A stretch of DNA of 64,000 bases from Bdellovibrio sp. (GCA_046318155.1 JBKCUU010000011.1:1-64000), one strand, 5' to 3'; positions 1-9,852 are shown, numbered from the stretch's first letter. Numbers and translations: made by a program. Notes: a model not told the origin generated them from the letters alone.

Positions 1-60
1 TGATCCCGCCTGAGATGTCTCAGCCTGCGGCTCAGATTCACTAGTCAAAGATAAGTTAAA

Positions 61-681
61 CTAAAATGGATCTATGATCGTCAGCACTTCGGTGCTGCGG
101 TCGTAGATAACGTTGTCGGTTTTAATCAGGACCAAAGCGCCCATGCCGCCCATCTTGAGCGTCGGGGCGGGGTTGTAGGCGTCTTTTTCGATTTCTCCGC
201 GGCAGAGACCTGAGCTTTGGCAAAGACCAAGAAGCTCGCTTAACGCGCGCTCATACTGCGCGAGGAGTTTGATCTTTTGCTCAGGAGCCGCTTTGATTAA
301 AGCGGATTCGAGCGTCTCGCCGCGAGCATAGGGCAGGCGGCTCTTGGCGATTGGTCGGCCTTGCGCGGGTTGCTCGAGCGGGAGCCATTCAGGCTTCAAG
401 ATTTGCAGGTCTTTGACGCTTGAGCCGCTGAGGTCGGTCAGTTTGTGAAGCAAAGCAAACGCTTTCTGGTCGTTTTCCCGCTGTGAAGGCATGTTGTATA
501 TCTTTTCGACAAAGCTCTGATTTGTCACAGAATTCTGGTGCAGGTAGGCCGTTCCGCTGATGCCTGAGCCGATCCATTTAACGCTCCAATCGCTGTATAA
601 TTGCGCGCAAGTCCGCGCGTTCGCAGAGAGCGAGGTCAAAAGGGTCATCGCAAGCCAGAAGGTCAGAAAGAGCCGAGTCAT
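61..681 (-). CDS. Secreted protein with minimal protein-kinase-like fold (possible pseudokinase)
   Basis: Signal peptide (MTRLFLTFWLAMTLLTSLSANA); GSGISG Gly-loop, FVEK Lys, YARGETL hinge-like segment, IKTDN catalytic-loop-like motif, terminal IIDPF. Start moved to ATG 681. Confidence 0.55.
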   Translation of the reverse strand: MTRLFLTFWLAMTLLTSLSANARTCAQLYSDWSVKWIGSGISGTAYLHQNSVTNQSFVEKIYNMPSQRENDQKAFALLHKLTDLSGSSVKDLQILKPEWLPLEQPAQGRPIAKSRLPYARGETLESALIKAAPEQKIKLLAQYERALSELLGLCQSSGLCRGEIEKDAYNPAPTLKMGGMGALVLIKTDNVIYDRSTEVLTIIDPF

Positions 682-746
682 CGACTCTGAAAAGAGCAAT
701 CAAAGGGCCAGCTGCATTTCGGGGTTTTGCCGAGCTTAGCGAGGAA

Positions 747-2159
747 CTAAAGGGGCAAGGTCGGTGCGGGCCATTGGCGTTCTTTCAAGATAGCTTCAAT
801 CTTGATGATTTGCTCGGAGTCCAAATGTTCTCTAGCAGCCAAAGTCACGGCATTGCTAAAATCAGCGAGCGAGTTGGAGGCACCCAAGCGAGTCAGTGTT
901 CGGAGCGCAAGCTTTTGCGAGACGTCAGCTCCGAGCTCTTTGCGAATCTGCCAAAGTGTGCCACTGACGATCTTGCTATCGCCATAGAGCGAACCCGACT
1001 TGTCTTTGTAGTTGACGACATCCTCAAGATTGCGGCGGGCCGAGCCTTGTTTAAAAGAATACGAACCCATCAAGGGAGTGTTCAAATAACTGGCGGTAAA
1101 AAAATCAGCGAAGCCTTCATTGAGCGATCCGCCTTCTCCCTGGTTCGGGAGGTGGGCAATCACGCTGTTTAGAATGTGGGCCACTTCGTGAATAACAACG
1201 GTCGGATCATTCGGAATATTTTGATAAATCTGGCTATCACCGTCGCCAAGACGAATCTGATTGTTATAAGTGAAAGCGGCATTAGTTTTTTGCGGGTAGC
1301 CCATTGAGGTCTCGACTTCGACCCGAACAGGAAGTCGAAACCCAAGATCAAACTCAAAAAACTTGAGTGCTTTTTGTACAAAGAAAAAGGCCTGGGCCTG
1401 ATAAAACTTAGGATCCTCTGTTTGAAATTGAAAAGGGCCATCCAAGATATTGACGCCTTCTGGATGCCGAGTCTTCACTCGAAGTGAGTCCGTCTCTAAA
1501 AATTTTGAATTCATGAGGCCCTTTAAGATCACCTCTTGAACTTGGGTCATTTTTTGGGGATCAAAAACAAAGGCGGTGTGGTCAAAATACGAACTCACCG
1601 CGAGTCGCTTCACAACTCGGAAGTTGGGCTTGAGGTACCAGCGTTCAACGCCGGTATTGTCAAAGTTGAGCAAATCCATTGCATAGACGGGCGTCAGGGC
1701 TCCACGCATTTCGAGGAGAACGACCTCGATGTCCGAGAGCAGTTCAGAGTGGCGAATTTCATAGTTACGTTTTTTTGCTTGGACAAAGAAAGACGATCGG
1801 TTTTTGTGGAGGGCCTCAATTTCTTCAAGGTTCGCCTTTGATGCTGTTTCAGGCGAAATTCCATAAGAAAGTTTGCCATATTGAAGATCGCCATTTTTAT
1901 TGACGGTATGAAGCGTGCCGCCTTCGACGAAGGCAGACCCAACTTGTTGCCGGGTCGTCAAAACCGTCTCGCCATCGACCATGATGGGTCGCTGCATTTG
2001 ATTGAACTGGACGTTGGTAAAAATCGAAGGGACAGAAGCTGAAGAGCCCTTGGCCCACTCGAGAGTGGTCAAAGGCTCTTGGCTTTTTTTATGGCATCCA
2101 GCGGATGCAGTAACAAAGACCATGAGGAGAAGCAATTTAGACATTCGTTTCATTCCCAT
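747..2159 (-). CDS. Thermolysin/fungalysin-like (M4/M36) zinc metallopeptidase lipoprotein
   Basis: Lipobox SAGC; NAAF, HEVAH zinc motif, GSLNEGFAD third ligand. Confidence 0.8.
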   Translation of the reverse strand: MGMKRMSKLLLLMVFVTASAGCHKKSQEPLTTLEWAKGSSASVPSIFTNVQFNQMQRPIMVDGETVLTTRQQVGSAFVEGGTLHTVNKNGDLQYGKLSYGISPETASKANLEEIEALHKNRSSFFVQAKKRNYEIRHSELLSDIEVVLLEMRGALTPVYAMDLLNFDNTGVERWYLKPNFRVVKRLAVSSYFDHTAFVFDPQKMTQVQEVILKGLMNSKFLETDSLRVKTRHPEGVNILDGPFQFQTEDPKFYQAQAFFFVQKALKFFEFDLGFRLPVRVEVETSMGYPQKTNAAFTYNNQIRLGDGDSQIYQNIPNDPTVVIHEVAHILNSVIAHLPNQGEGGSLNEGFADFFTASYLNTPLMGSYSFKQGSARRNLEDVVNYKDKSGSLYGDSKIVSGTLWQIRKELGADVSQKLALRTLTRLGASNSLADFSNAVTLAAREHLDSEQIIKIEAILKERQWPAPTLPL

Positions 2160-2168
2160 TCGTCAAGG

Positions 2169-2570
2169 CTATCGAATCTCGAGCTTTTTTTCAATAAAGG
2201 TTCCGTCGCCACCCATGAAGCGAATCGTGTGAACACCAGCTTCAAGTTTGCCAAGCGACACCTCTTTGTTGAAGGGCACCAGAACCATTAAGCACATTCC
2301 TTGCTGAACCGAAGCAAAGATGCGAACTTCATGCGCTAAGCCAGCTTGGTGGGTGACTTCAGAACGAGAAAATCGATAGCAACCATTGGGGAACAATCCA
2401 CTGGCAACAACATAAGCCTCTGAGTTGGAGTCAAAGCCAGAGGGAACAAAGGCGTCCGCAACTCCGACAAGCACTTCTTTTGCGGGCTGAGCGGGTTGAT
2501 CTGCTTGAGCTGTAAAACTGAAGCTGGTCAATCCGAGTGCGATCATGGCTGAGAATAAAAATTTTGTCAT
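2169..2570 (-). CDS. Exported hypothetical protein
   Basis: Signal peptide ending AQA; two Cys (PNGCY, CLMVLVPF); 9 bp upstream of the peptidase. Confidence 0.7.
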   Translation of the reverse strand: MTKFLFSAMIALGLTSFSFTAQADQPAQPAKEVLVGVADAFVPSGFDSNSEAYVVASGLFPNGCYRFSRSEVTHQAGLAHEVRIFASVQQGMCLMVLVPFNKEVSLGKLEAGVHTIRFMGGDGTFIEKKLEIR

Positions 2571-2733
2571 GGAGGTCCTCCGTCCTTAGGGTGTTTGACC
2601 ATCAGCTACGCAAAGAAGAGACCAACTCTCTCCTCGTTGTGACGTGAGCTGAGGTCGAGGCTTGTGGCAATTTGACTCAAATCCCGAGGACCTCTGTGAC
2701 ATTGCTGTCCCAGACGGGGCGCGTTGAGCTGCA

Positions 2734-3189
2734 TTAGTTTGCGGCGGGCGTGTAAAAGGCGACGAAGCGTGCGTGCAATTCAGCGCAGAGCTTGTTGCCG
2801 GTTTTGATCTCGGTGTTCATCCAGAGATCGGCTTTGCCCCTGGTTTTAAGTTTGTTCAAAAACTTTTGGGCTTCGTCCTTTGAAACCTCAAGTTCGGCGG
2901 TGAAGTCGCTCTCGACCGGTGCGCGGTAATGCAGCTCGCCTCTTGAGATCACAAAATCTTGCGTGGGGATTTGGGCCTCGCGAACTAAATGCAGAAAAAG
3001 TCCGTAGCTGGCGACAATGGCCACTTGATAAAGTGAGCCACCAAATCCCGTGCCTTTATGGTTCAGGTGATCTTGCAATCTGGCATCGACGCGGATGTTG
3101 TAAGGGCCTAAGGCCGTGATCCTGCACTCAAAGCCCTGCAAGGCGGGGATTTGGCTTCGGATGTACGACTCAAGCTCTTGAGGAGTCAT
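2734..3189 (-). CDS. YiiD C-terminal-type hotdog-fold thioesterase
   Basis: IPAL...NHKGTGFGGSL...Y-APV motif. Confidence 0.8.
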   Translation of the reverse strand: MTPQELESYIRSQIPALQGFECRITALGPYNIRVDARLQDHLNHKGTGFGGSLYQVAIVASYGLFLHLVREAQIPTQDFVISRGELHYRAPVESDFTAELEVSKDEAQKFLNKLKTRGKADLWMNTEIKTGNKLCAELHARFVAFYTPAAN

Positions 3190-3191
3190 AC

Positions 3192-4784
3192 TTAGGCGTG
3201 AGGCCGAGTTGTTTCGTAAGAAGTCGTCTCACGTACAACAACGACTTTGATTTGGCCGGGGTAGTTGCACTCTTCTTCGATTTTGTGAGCGATCGCGGCT
3301 GACAAATCAAGTGCTTTGCGATCATCAATTTGGCGACCGTTGACGATGACTCGGCATTCTCGGCCGCCATTCAGCACATAACAGTCGGTGACGCCATGAA
3401 AGCTCTTGGAGATTGTTTCGAGTTCGGTGACCTTTTGATTGTAGGATTCCATCGTGGATCGGCGAGCGCCGGGGCGCGCGCCCGAAATCGCATCGGCGCC
3501 GATGACCAAGTAAGCCATGTCGGTCGAGGGTTGCTCGTCGTAGTGATGGGCTTTGACGGCATGGATGATATCGGGAGCTTCGCCGCGCTCTTGGATGAAG
3601 TTTGCGCCAATGACCGCGTGACCGCCATCCATCTCGTGATCCATTGACTTGCCAAGATCATGCAGCATGCCGGCGCGGCGGGCCTTTTTCAGCGGAACTC
3701 CACCCAATTCAGAAGCGAGCAAGCCGCACAGCCAGCCGACTTCGCCGCAATGAAAATACTGATTTTGCGTAAATGAATAGCGGTAGCGGAGGCTGCCCAT
3801 CATTTGACGGATTTCGGGGTGAAGTCCATCAAGTTTGAGTTCTTTGGCGAGGCTATCGCCATCTTTTTTAATCAAAGCCATGAGCTCGCGTTTGATGTTG
3901 TCCGCAGTTTTGCGGATGAATTCGGGCCCAATAGGACGTTTTTCTTTCAGACAGCGTTCAAGGATTCGGCGGGCGAGCTCTCGGCGAACGGGATCAAAGC
4001 CGGCCACCCCGATAAACTCCATGTCATCTTGAATCGCAATTTCACAGCCGGTGACCTCAGAAAGAACGCGCAGGTTCTCACCCTTGTTGTCTTTGATGAT
4101 TTGGCGTTGCTCGGGTGTTTCAAAGTAAACGGCCGAAATGCCTCGCTCAGAGCTGTAAGGACGGTGAAACCGAACGAGGGCTCGGTCTAAGATCATTTTT
4201 GCTTTGGTTTCGGCGTGCAGCTTCGTGTCTTCTTCGATAAAGGCGATTCGACTTTCAGCCATTTGACGAGTTTCGGTCTCGAGCTCTTGAATGAGCCGAG
4301 TCCTGACGTCGGTGCGGTTGGTCTCCAGGCGCACGCAAAGATTATCGATAAACGTTTGGTTAAGTTGCTGGCGGTCGCGGGCAATCTTTTTTTGAGCTTC
4401 CTCGAGTTGCTTGATGCGATCTTCTTCTTTTTTGATATTTTGCTCAGTCTGCGAACTTTTTTGGCGTTCTTGGCTGTAACGATCGTCGGCCTTTTGCTTT
4501 CTTTCGGTCACGATCTCTTCGAGCTCTTCGATTTTTTCTTCGAGCTTGATCAGTGCACTTTCTTCTTGCGTCCAGAGTTCAAGTTCGATTTCTTGGAGCT
4601 TTTCTTTTTGATCAAGCTCGATGAGTTCGAGCTCATTTTGAGCTTCGGCGATGATCTCTTGAGCTTCTTTTTGCGCGCGGCTTTTAACTTGGGCCGTATA
4701 GACCCGAAAAGCCAGATACCCAGCTAAGCCGCCAAAGAGGAATGTCACAGCAAAAATGAGGACGCCAAAACCAATCAATTCCAT
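3192..4784 (-). CDS. rny: Ribonuclease Y-like protein (TM, coiled coil, degenerate KH, HD)
   Basis: N-terminal TM, coiled coil, FDPVRRE, LRYRYSFTQN, HDLGK, ADAISGARPGARR, YPGQIKVVVVRE. Confidence 0.85.
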   Translation of the reverse strand: MELIGFGVLIFAVTFLFGGLAGYLAFRVYTAQVKSRAQKEAQEIIAEAQNELELIELDQKEKLQEIELELWTQEESALIKLEEKIEELEEIVTERKQKADDRYSQERQKSSQTEQNIKKEEDRIKQLEEAQKKIARDRQQLNQTFIDNLCVRLETNRTDVRTRLIQELETETRQMAESRIAFIEEDTKLHAETKAKMILDRALVRFHRPYSSERGISAVYFETPEQRQIIKDNKGENLRVLSEVTGCEIAIQDDMEFIGVAGFDPVRRELARRILERCLKEKRPIGPEFIRKTADNIKRELMALIKKDGDSLAKELKLDGLHPEIRQMMGSLRYRYSFTQNQYFHCGEVGWLCGLLASELGGVPLKKARRAGMLHDLGKSMDHEMDGGHAVIGANFIQERGEAPDIIHAVKAHHYDEQPSTDMAYLVIGADAISGARPGARRSTMESYNQKVTELETISKSFHGVTDCYVLNGGRECRVIVNGRQIDDRKALDLSAAIAHKIEEECNYPGQIKVVVVRETTSYETTRPHA

Positions 4785-4912
4785 ACATTGACCAGAGTGC
4801 CTCGTGTTGGCGGCTCTGTCAGTTGATCTCTGGTTTTATGTCGGGTTTTGACGGGTCATGACGAGTGCTGTCAGACGGGCGACACATGGCGGGTCTGCCG
4901 CTTGAGTGGTGT

Positions 4913-6091
4913 TTAGGTCTTTTCGCGAAGAACGCGGAGGGCTTTGCTGACGGCTACAGGTGGTTTTCCCATCAGGATGCGGAGCTGATCCCAAATGGTC
5001 GTCTGCCCCGAGTAAAAGCGCGAGATCACGGGTTCGGGCATTTTATAAAAGTGCGAAAGAACTTTGTAGCGCTCCGTCGCCTCGGCGCCCTTGAACAACA
5101 TTCGATTTAAGAAGCGGTAATAGCGAAGGCGGCCGGTCGAATTCTGTTCGACTTTTGCAAGCACCCGGCGCATCGCTGCGGCCGTCAGATTGCTGTGATC
5201 ACAAATGGCGCAAAGCTGCTTGAGTAGGGTTGGCGCGGTGTAACCGGTTACGGGATGGAAGTAGCCGCTTTCAGCGCCGATGCTTGGAAACTCCTCTCGG
5301 TCTTGCTTTGTGCCGGAGGGGAGGGTGAGGGTCAGGGGCAATGCGCCTGACTCTTTGCGGATCAAGGATTTGATCTTCCAGTTTTGCTTCTGGATGTAGG
5401 CCAGGATCTCTTGCTCAATGCGCTCGATTTTGAGGCCGCTGTGGTGACTGTAATAGGTGTCTTCGACCAAGAGGCGGGTTGGTGACCAAGGCAAAAGGTA
5501 AAAAAAACGATAGCCATCAATTTGCTGGATGCGCGCATCCATCAGGACGACCTTGGTGAGTTGGTGGGGCTGTTCAAGTTCGATATCCAGCCCGACAAAC
5601 TTTTGCCACGCGACCGGTTCGTTTTGTTCGGCCCAACCCCGGGCAAGAAGCACAGTTTCGGCTTGCAGCGTAAGGATGTTGTCGTCACCGCTTTGGCGGA
5701 CTTGCACTTGATGGTGCCCGAGTTCTTTATCCTGTTTTGTCGACAGGACCTCGGCATTGAGCACGACCGTGCGTCCAAATTTTTGCATCGTTTTGTCGCG
5801 CAAGTCCTCAGACGTGATGCTGTGATAGGGCGAGTTGAACTCGCGCGAGTACGCCGGAAAGTGAACCCAATAACCAGGCCATGAATAAGTGATGAGCGGG
5901 CGTAGCCAAGCCTGACAAGAAGCTGGCAAATCAGATTCATGAAACGACCAGGTATGGTTACCGGCGAGCTTGTCGTTTTTTTCGATCAGCAGGATTTTGA
6001 GTTTCGGGCTGGTCTGCTTAATAGCATGCAGAGCCAGGCAACCTGCCAAACCCCCGCCAATGATAATGATATCAAACTGATTCGAGACCAT
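4913..6091 (-). CDS. crtY: Lycopene beta-cyclase
   Basis: GGGLAG FAD motif, NHTWSF, QKFVG, LMDA, DGYRFFYLLP, LLVEDTYY, FHPVTGY; start moved to ATG 6091. Confidence 0.85.
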   Translation of the reverse strand: MVSNQFDIIIIGGGLAGCLALHAIKQTSPKLKILLIEKNDKLAGNHTWSFHESDLPASCQAWLRPLITYSWPGYWVHFPAYSREFNSPYHSITSEDLRDKTMQKFGRTVVLNAEVLSTKQDKELGHHQVQVRQSGDDNILTLQAETVLLARGWAEQNEPVAWQKFVGLDIELEQPHQLTKVVLMDARIQQIDGYRFFYLLPWSPTRLLVEDTYYSHHSGLKIERIEQEILAYIQKQNWKIKSLIRKESGALPLTLTLPSGTKQDREEFPSIGAESGYFHPVTGYTAPTLLKQLCAICDHSNLTAAAMRRVLAKVEQNSTGRLRYYRFLNRMLFKGAEATERYKVLSHFYKMPEPVISRFYSGQTTIWDQLRILMGKPPVAVSKALRVLREKT

Positions 6092-6183
6092 GGTGGGGAG
6101 GGTAGCAGGAGTCCTTGGCCCGAGCAAAAGGTAAAAGTTTAGGCACCCAAGTCATCAAATCGCCCCACCCACTCAGGCAAAGA

Positions 6184-7146
6184 TTAAAGATCGATCTTCG
6201 CCTGCAAACTCAAGAACCCATTGTCCGGTAGCACGGCCTCTTCACTCGCGAAATCCCAGTAACTGCGGCCTTCGAAAAAGCGCCGCTGAAAAGCGTATCC
6301 CACCTGTGCATGGAGCGAGAACCACTTGGCCAGCGGTTGCCGGTAGCCGACGTGGATTTGTTTTTGATCGTAAAAGAGTTTTTCGCGGGTTTCGTCTCGG
6401 CTTTCGCGGAGCCAAGTCTGCTGAGTCCATTCCAAACCCGTAAATGCGCTCGGGCCACCAAAAGGTGCGCCTAGTGCCAATTCCGTTTTCCAAACTGTTC
6501 CGCCAAAAGCAAGCAGTGAGGCGTTCCAAGATTTCCCCGTGGGGAACCATTTCACGAAAACAAACGGCACACCATAAACGGCCAACAGGTCAGGGCGCTT
6601 TTGAAGGTAAGCAAATCCCGGCAAGGGGAAATCTCGAAAAACAGGGTTGTTGTTCGAGTAAAACACAAACCAGATCCACTTGTCCGCCGGATTGTCTTCG
6701 CTCGGAAAGACGTAAGACAAGCTCAAGGACACCGTATTGACTTCTTTGCTCTCAAAAGTTTTGTCGCTTGCCGATCCAAATGTCGCTCGAACCGAAAGAC
6801 TCTTGTCACCCTCCAAGCTGTGTGAATATCCAAGCCCAAATTGCTGACTTCGCAAAGCTTTTGGAACCTCAAGGTCCGCAGCACGGTTCAAATAAAGCGT
6901 TTCTGGGACCTTAAACGTCGTCTCTTGCGCCGTCACGCTAAGAGCTTGCGTCTCGGTCTTATAGACGGGGAGGTTGGCGCTGAGCTGCTGCCATTGCGAG
7001 GTGTCCCACGGATAAAACACGCCCTGGTAACTGAACTTTGTCCTGGGCGGACCTCCGGTCAAGCCTTCCACGGGCGACTCAAATGCAAATGCATTTGAAA
7101 ATAGAAAAACAACACTGCCCAGTATCAGGTTCTTGGTCTTGCGCAT
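6184..7146 (-). CDS. Putative outer-membrane beta-barrel protein
   Basis: Signal peptide; alternating amphipathic, aromatic-rich strands. Confidence 0.55.
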   Translation of the reverse strand: MRKTKNLILGSVVFLFSNAFAFESPVEGLTGGPPRTKFSYQGVFYPWDTSQWQQLSANLPVYKTETQALSVTAQETTFKVPETLYLNRAADLEVPKALRSQQFGLGYSHSLEGDKSLSVRATFGSASDKTFESKEVNTVSLSLSYVFPSEDNPADKWIWFVFYSNNNPVFRDFPLPGFAYLQKRPDLLAVYGVPFVFVKWFPTGKSWNASLLAFGGTVWKTELALGAPFGGPSAFTGLEWTQQTWLRESRDETREKLFYDQKQIHVGYRQPLAKWFSLHAQVGYAFQRRFFEGRSYWDFASEEAVLPDNGFLSLQAKIDL

Positions 7147-7193
7147 GAATGGCGGCCCCTTGGAATATCGATATCATAGGGATGCATAGCCGG

Positions 7194-8033
7194 CTACAAA
7201 GTTTTAAGAAATGTCTCGGTATCCATAGGACGTGACTCGATCAGCTCGATGCGGGGCGGGGACGTCTGTGGTTGCAACATTCGGTGTTTTTTGCGCGAAG
7301 GAATGTACTCAAAGCTTCGCACGACAATAATTGGCAATAAAATGAGGACGACAATCAAACCGCGAATTTGGCGACTCAGCTGCTCAAAAACAAGAGCTAA
7401 GAAACTCCAAATCACAAGTGCCAGCCACAAGACAAAAAATACGCTGTAGATTTCTTTGTACTTAAAGATGTCTGGCAAAAGCCAGCGCACATTGTAAAGG
7501 TCTTGCGATACGACGGCAAAACCCAACAAAGACCAAAGCGACCATTCATAAAGTCTAAGCACGCGGTACTCGCCATGCAAAGCGCGAGACAAAACCGACA
7601 GCAGTGTTGCGATCACAAGTGGTCCGACAAAAAGAGCGAGCAAGTTTTCAAAAATTTTATAAACTTCAACATTCGCCACCGACAAAAAGACTTGTTCGAC
7701 GATCAACAAGAATAAGATTAAGCCCATGACGGTCCAAAGCCCACGCAGCTCTCGCACGCGGATCCAGCCCCAAGAAAAGTTCTGCGCCGACGTCGATTCG
7801 GCAAGTGCGTACAGCGCTAAGTTCGTGATGCGCAAGTGATGGTTTCCGATTGAGATCGTCTTTTGTAATTCTTTGAGTTCGTTTGCAACTAAGGTCAATT
7901 CTGTTTTTTTGATCTCGAGATCCGGAACAATAAAATCGCAATCAAGCGCTCGGCCAATCACGATGGTCTCTTGCCAAAAGTCTTTTGTCATCAGGACGTG
8001 ATTTTTCGCGTCGCGAAGCTCGATTCTAATCAT
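7194..8033 (-). CDS. Membrane protein with N-terminal FHA-like domain
   Basis: IVIGRALDCDFIV FHA-like motif followed by about 5 TM helices; overlaps the protease gene by 4 nt. Confidence 0.6.
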   Translation of the reverse strand: MIRIELRDAKNHVLMTKDFWQETIVIGRALDCDFIVPDLEIKKTELTLVANELKELQKTISIGNHHLRITNLALYALAESTSAQNFSWGWIRVRELRGLWTVMGLILFLLIVEQVFLSVANVEVYKIFENLLALFVGPLVIATLLSVLSRALHGEYRVLRLYEWSLWSLLGFAVVSQDLYNVRWLLPDIFKYKEIYSVFFVLWLALVIWSFLALVFEQLSRQIRGLIVVLILLPIIVVRSFEYIPSRKKHRMLQPQTSPPRIELIESRPMDTETFLKTL

Positions 8034-9307
8034 GGTTTCACCAAGACTTCGTAATCGTGTTCGATGATCGCCCGTGTGACGTCTTTGACAGTTTCAAGCG
8101 TGAGGCCACCAAGTGCCAGCTCACCATGGACGTAGCTGCCCGAGGCCAACGGCACGACCGCCTCAATGTAGACGTCATAAAATTCAGACAGAGGCATCAT
8201 CGATTGCAAACAAACCGAGATTGTTCGCATGAGTCCCATTTTGGGGGTGACGCGTTCGCGCGAGCACTTCATCGGCATAAAGTTGATTTTTGAGTCCTGA
8301 TCAAAACTTTTGACTGACATGGCCGCCGGGTACTGACCCCAGCCGCCGACACGTTTCATATTGAACGAAAGCAACGGCATCGTTTTGTTTTTGATAACCG
8401 AGAACTCGCTGGTAAACACACCAGTGCTTGTCCCCTCAGAAAGCGAGATATTTTGATCGATCGCGCACGACTCAGTCTGTGCATCAAACTTCATGTCATC
8501 ATCATCTTTTTTGCTTGAGCCCCAGCAGCGAATTTTTTTAGAAAAGTGGGGGAGTCTTGCTGAATCAATCGGCTTGGCGTCTTTGTAGCCCTCAATAATC
8601 AGTTCCTTGAACGCCAGCTGTAATGCTGCGAGCTGGCGCCCGAGGCTGCCAATCAAGTCGGCTTCTTCCACTGGCTTTGTTCGATAACGAGCCATCATCG
8701 CATCGACAAACTTAGCGGGGACGCCAAACGAAATTTGCTGCGAGTACCGGTGAGTCGACACGTTGACAGCGACGAGCTCTTTCTTATCATTGACTGTCGG
8801 GCCGCCGCTCATCCCAGGATTGAGTGGGGTGGCCATGTAAATCAATTCGTAAGGGCCTTGATCAACAAAGCCATTGTAAACACCGCGAACAACCGTCCAG
8901 TTCACATCTTCAGGCAAGCCCAGCGAAAAGAGATCACCACCTTGGGGAGGCGATCTCTTTGAAATCCGAACTTCAGAATCAAAAGTCGTCGGAACCTGAA
9001 TGAGGGCCAGGTCATTGACAAAATCAACGGCCAGAATCTGAGCCTCGACCCGGTCTTTGAGGATCTCGACAAAAACTTTATTGTGTTGCGGCTTCCATAT
9101 GGCTTCGGCGACGACATGGTAGTTCGTGACGAGTAGGCCCTTGCGATCAACGACAAAGCCCGTGCCGTAAGAGTTTTTGTCGAGGCTTGAGTTGGCCGAG
9201 ACTTTGACTTGAAAGATGAGCGGCTTGATTTCTTTGTAGGCATCCGTGGCATCAGCCAAGACAAAGAGTGGAAAGCATAAAAAAATCAGTGCCGCTGTCT
9301 GCAACAT
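8030..9307 (-). CDS. Secreted trypsin-like (S1C) serine protease with Cys-containing C-terminal domain
   Basis: GTGF, TNYHVV, DLAL, NPGMSGGP catalytic triad motifs; signal peptide. Confidence 0.85.
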   Translation of the reverse strand: MLQTAALIFLCFPLFVLADATDAYKEIKPLIFQVKVSANSSLDKNSYGTGFVVDRKGLLVTNYHVVAEAIWKPQHNKVFVEILKDRVEAQILAVDFVNDLALIQVPTTFDSEVRISKRSPPQGGDLFSLGLPEDVNWTVVRGVYNGFVDQGPYELIYMATPLNPGMSGGPTVNDKKELVAVNVSTHRYSQQISFGVPAKFVDAMMARYRTKPVEEADLIGSLGRQLAALQLAFKELIIEGYKDAKPIDSARLPHFSKKIRCWGSSKKDDDDMKFDAQTESCAIDQNISLSEGTSTGVFTSEFSVIKNKTMPLLSFNMKRVGGWGQYPAAMSVKSFDQDSKINFMPMKCSRERVTPKMGLMRTISVCLQSMMPLSEFYDVYIEAVVPLASGSYVHGELALGGLTLETVKDVTRAIIEHDYEVLVKP

Positions 9308-9369
9308 TCAAGCAGCTTAGCCCAAGTTTAAGCACTCATCGAGAGAAACTCGGCGCATCAAGGTCGCCA

Positions 9370-9789
9370 CTAAGAGTGATGTGGAGTCTTGGCTTCGATA
9401 TAGAGCCAAGCGCCGTCCTTTTTTCGAAACAGGCTGCGTTCGTGGTGGACTTGCCTTGTCTGTGGCAAGGCCTTGTCGATAAACCAGGCTTTAAACTCGA
9501 CCAGAGCTGTCTTTGAATCTTCGGTCGCTTCTAAAATTTCAAGGCCGACAAAGTCGGCGGTGTCCATCCATCGCCGGGCCTCTTCGGGACTAAAGCGAGC
9601 TCGCGAGGCCGGATCCATCGTGGCAACAAGATAATCGACATTCTTTGTGGCAAAGGCAGCGTAACGCGAGCGCATGAGCGCTTCGGCACTCAGAGCGTTC
9701 TGGTCTCCCAGATGAAGGGGTTCGCAGCAGATCTGGTAAGGTTGACCGCTCGAGCAGGGACATAAGTGATGTTCGATTTTGACGGTCAT
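9370..9789 (-). CDS. ychJ: YchJ family SEC-C motif protein
   Basis: CPCSSG...CC, AEALMRSRY, VEFKA, HHERSLF. Confidence 0.9.
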   Translation of the reverse strand: MTVKIEHHLCPCSSGQPYQICCEPLHLGDQNALSAEALMRSRYAAFATKNVDYLVATMDPASRARFSPEEARRWMDTADFVGLEILEATEDSKTALVEFKAWFIDKALPQTRQVHHERSLFRKKDGAWLYIEAKTPHHS

Positions 9790-9852
9790 CCCCTTGACCC
9801 TGATCCAGTTTAGCTAAAAAGTAAAGGGCACTCAAATCAAAGGAGTTCGCTC

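Noticed and set aside
2620..2705. Further (T/C)GTCACA sequences upstream of the 2570 gene as ECF promoters
   Set aside because: No CGTA/CGTC at the 16-nt spacing.
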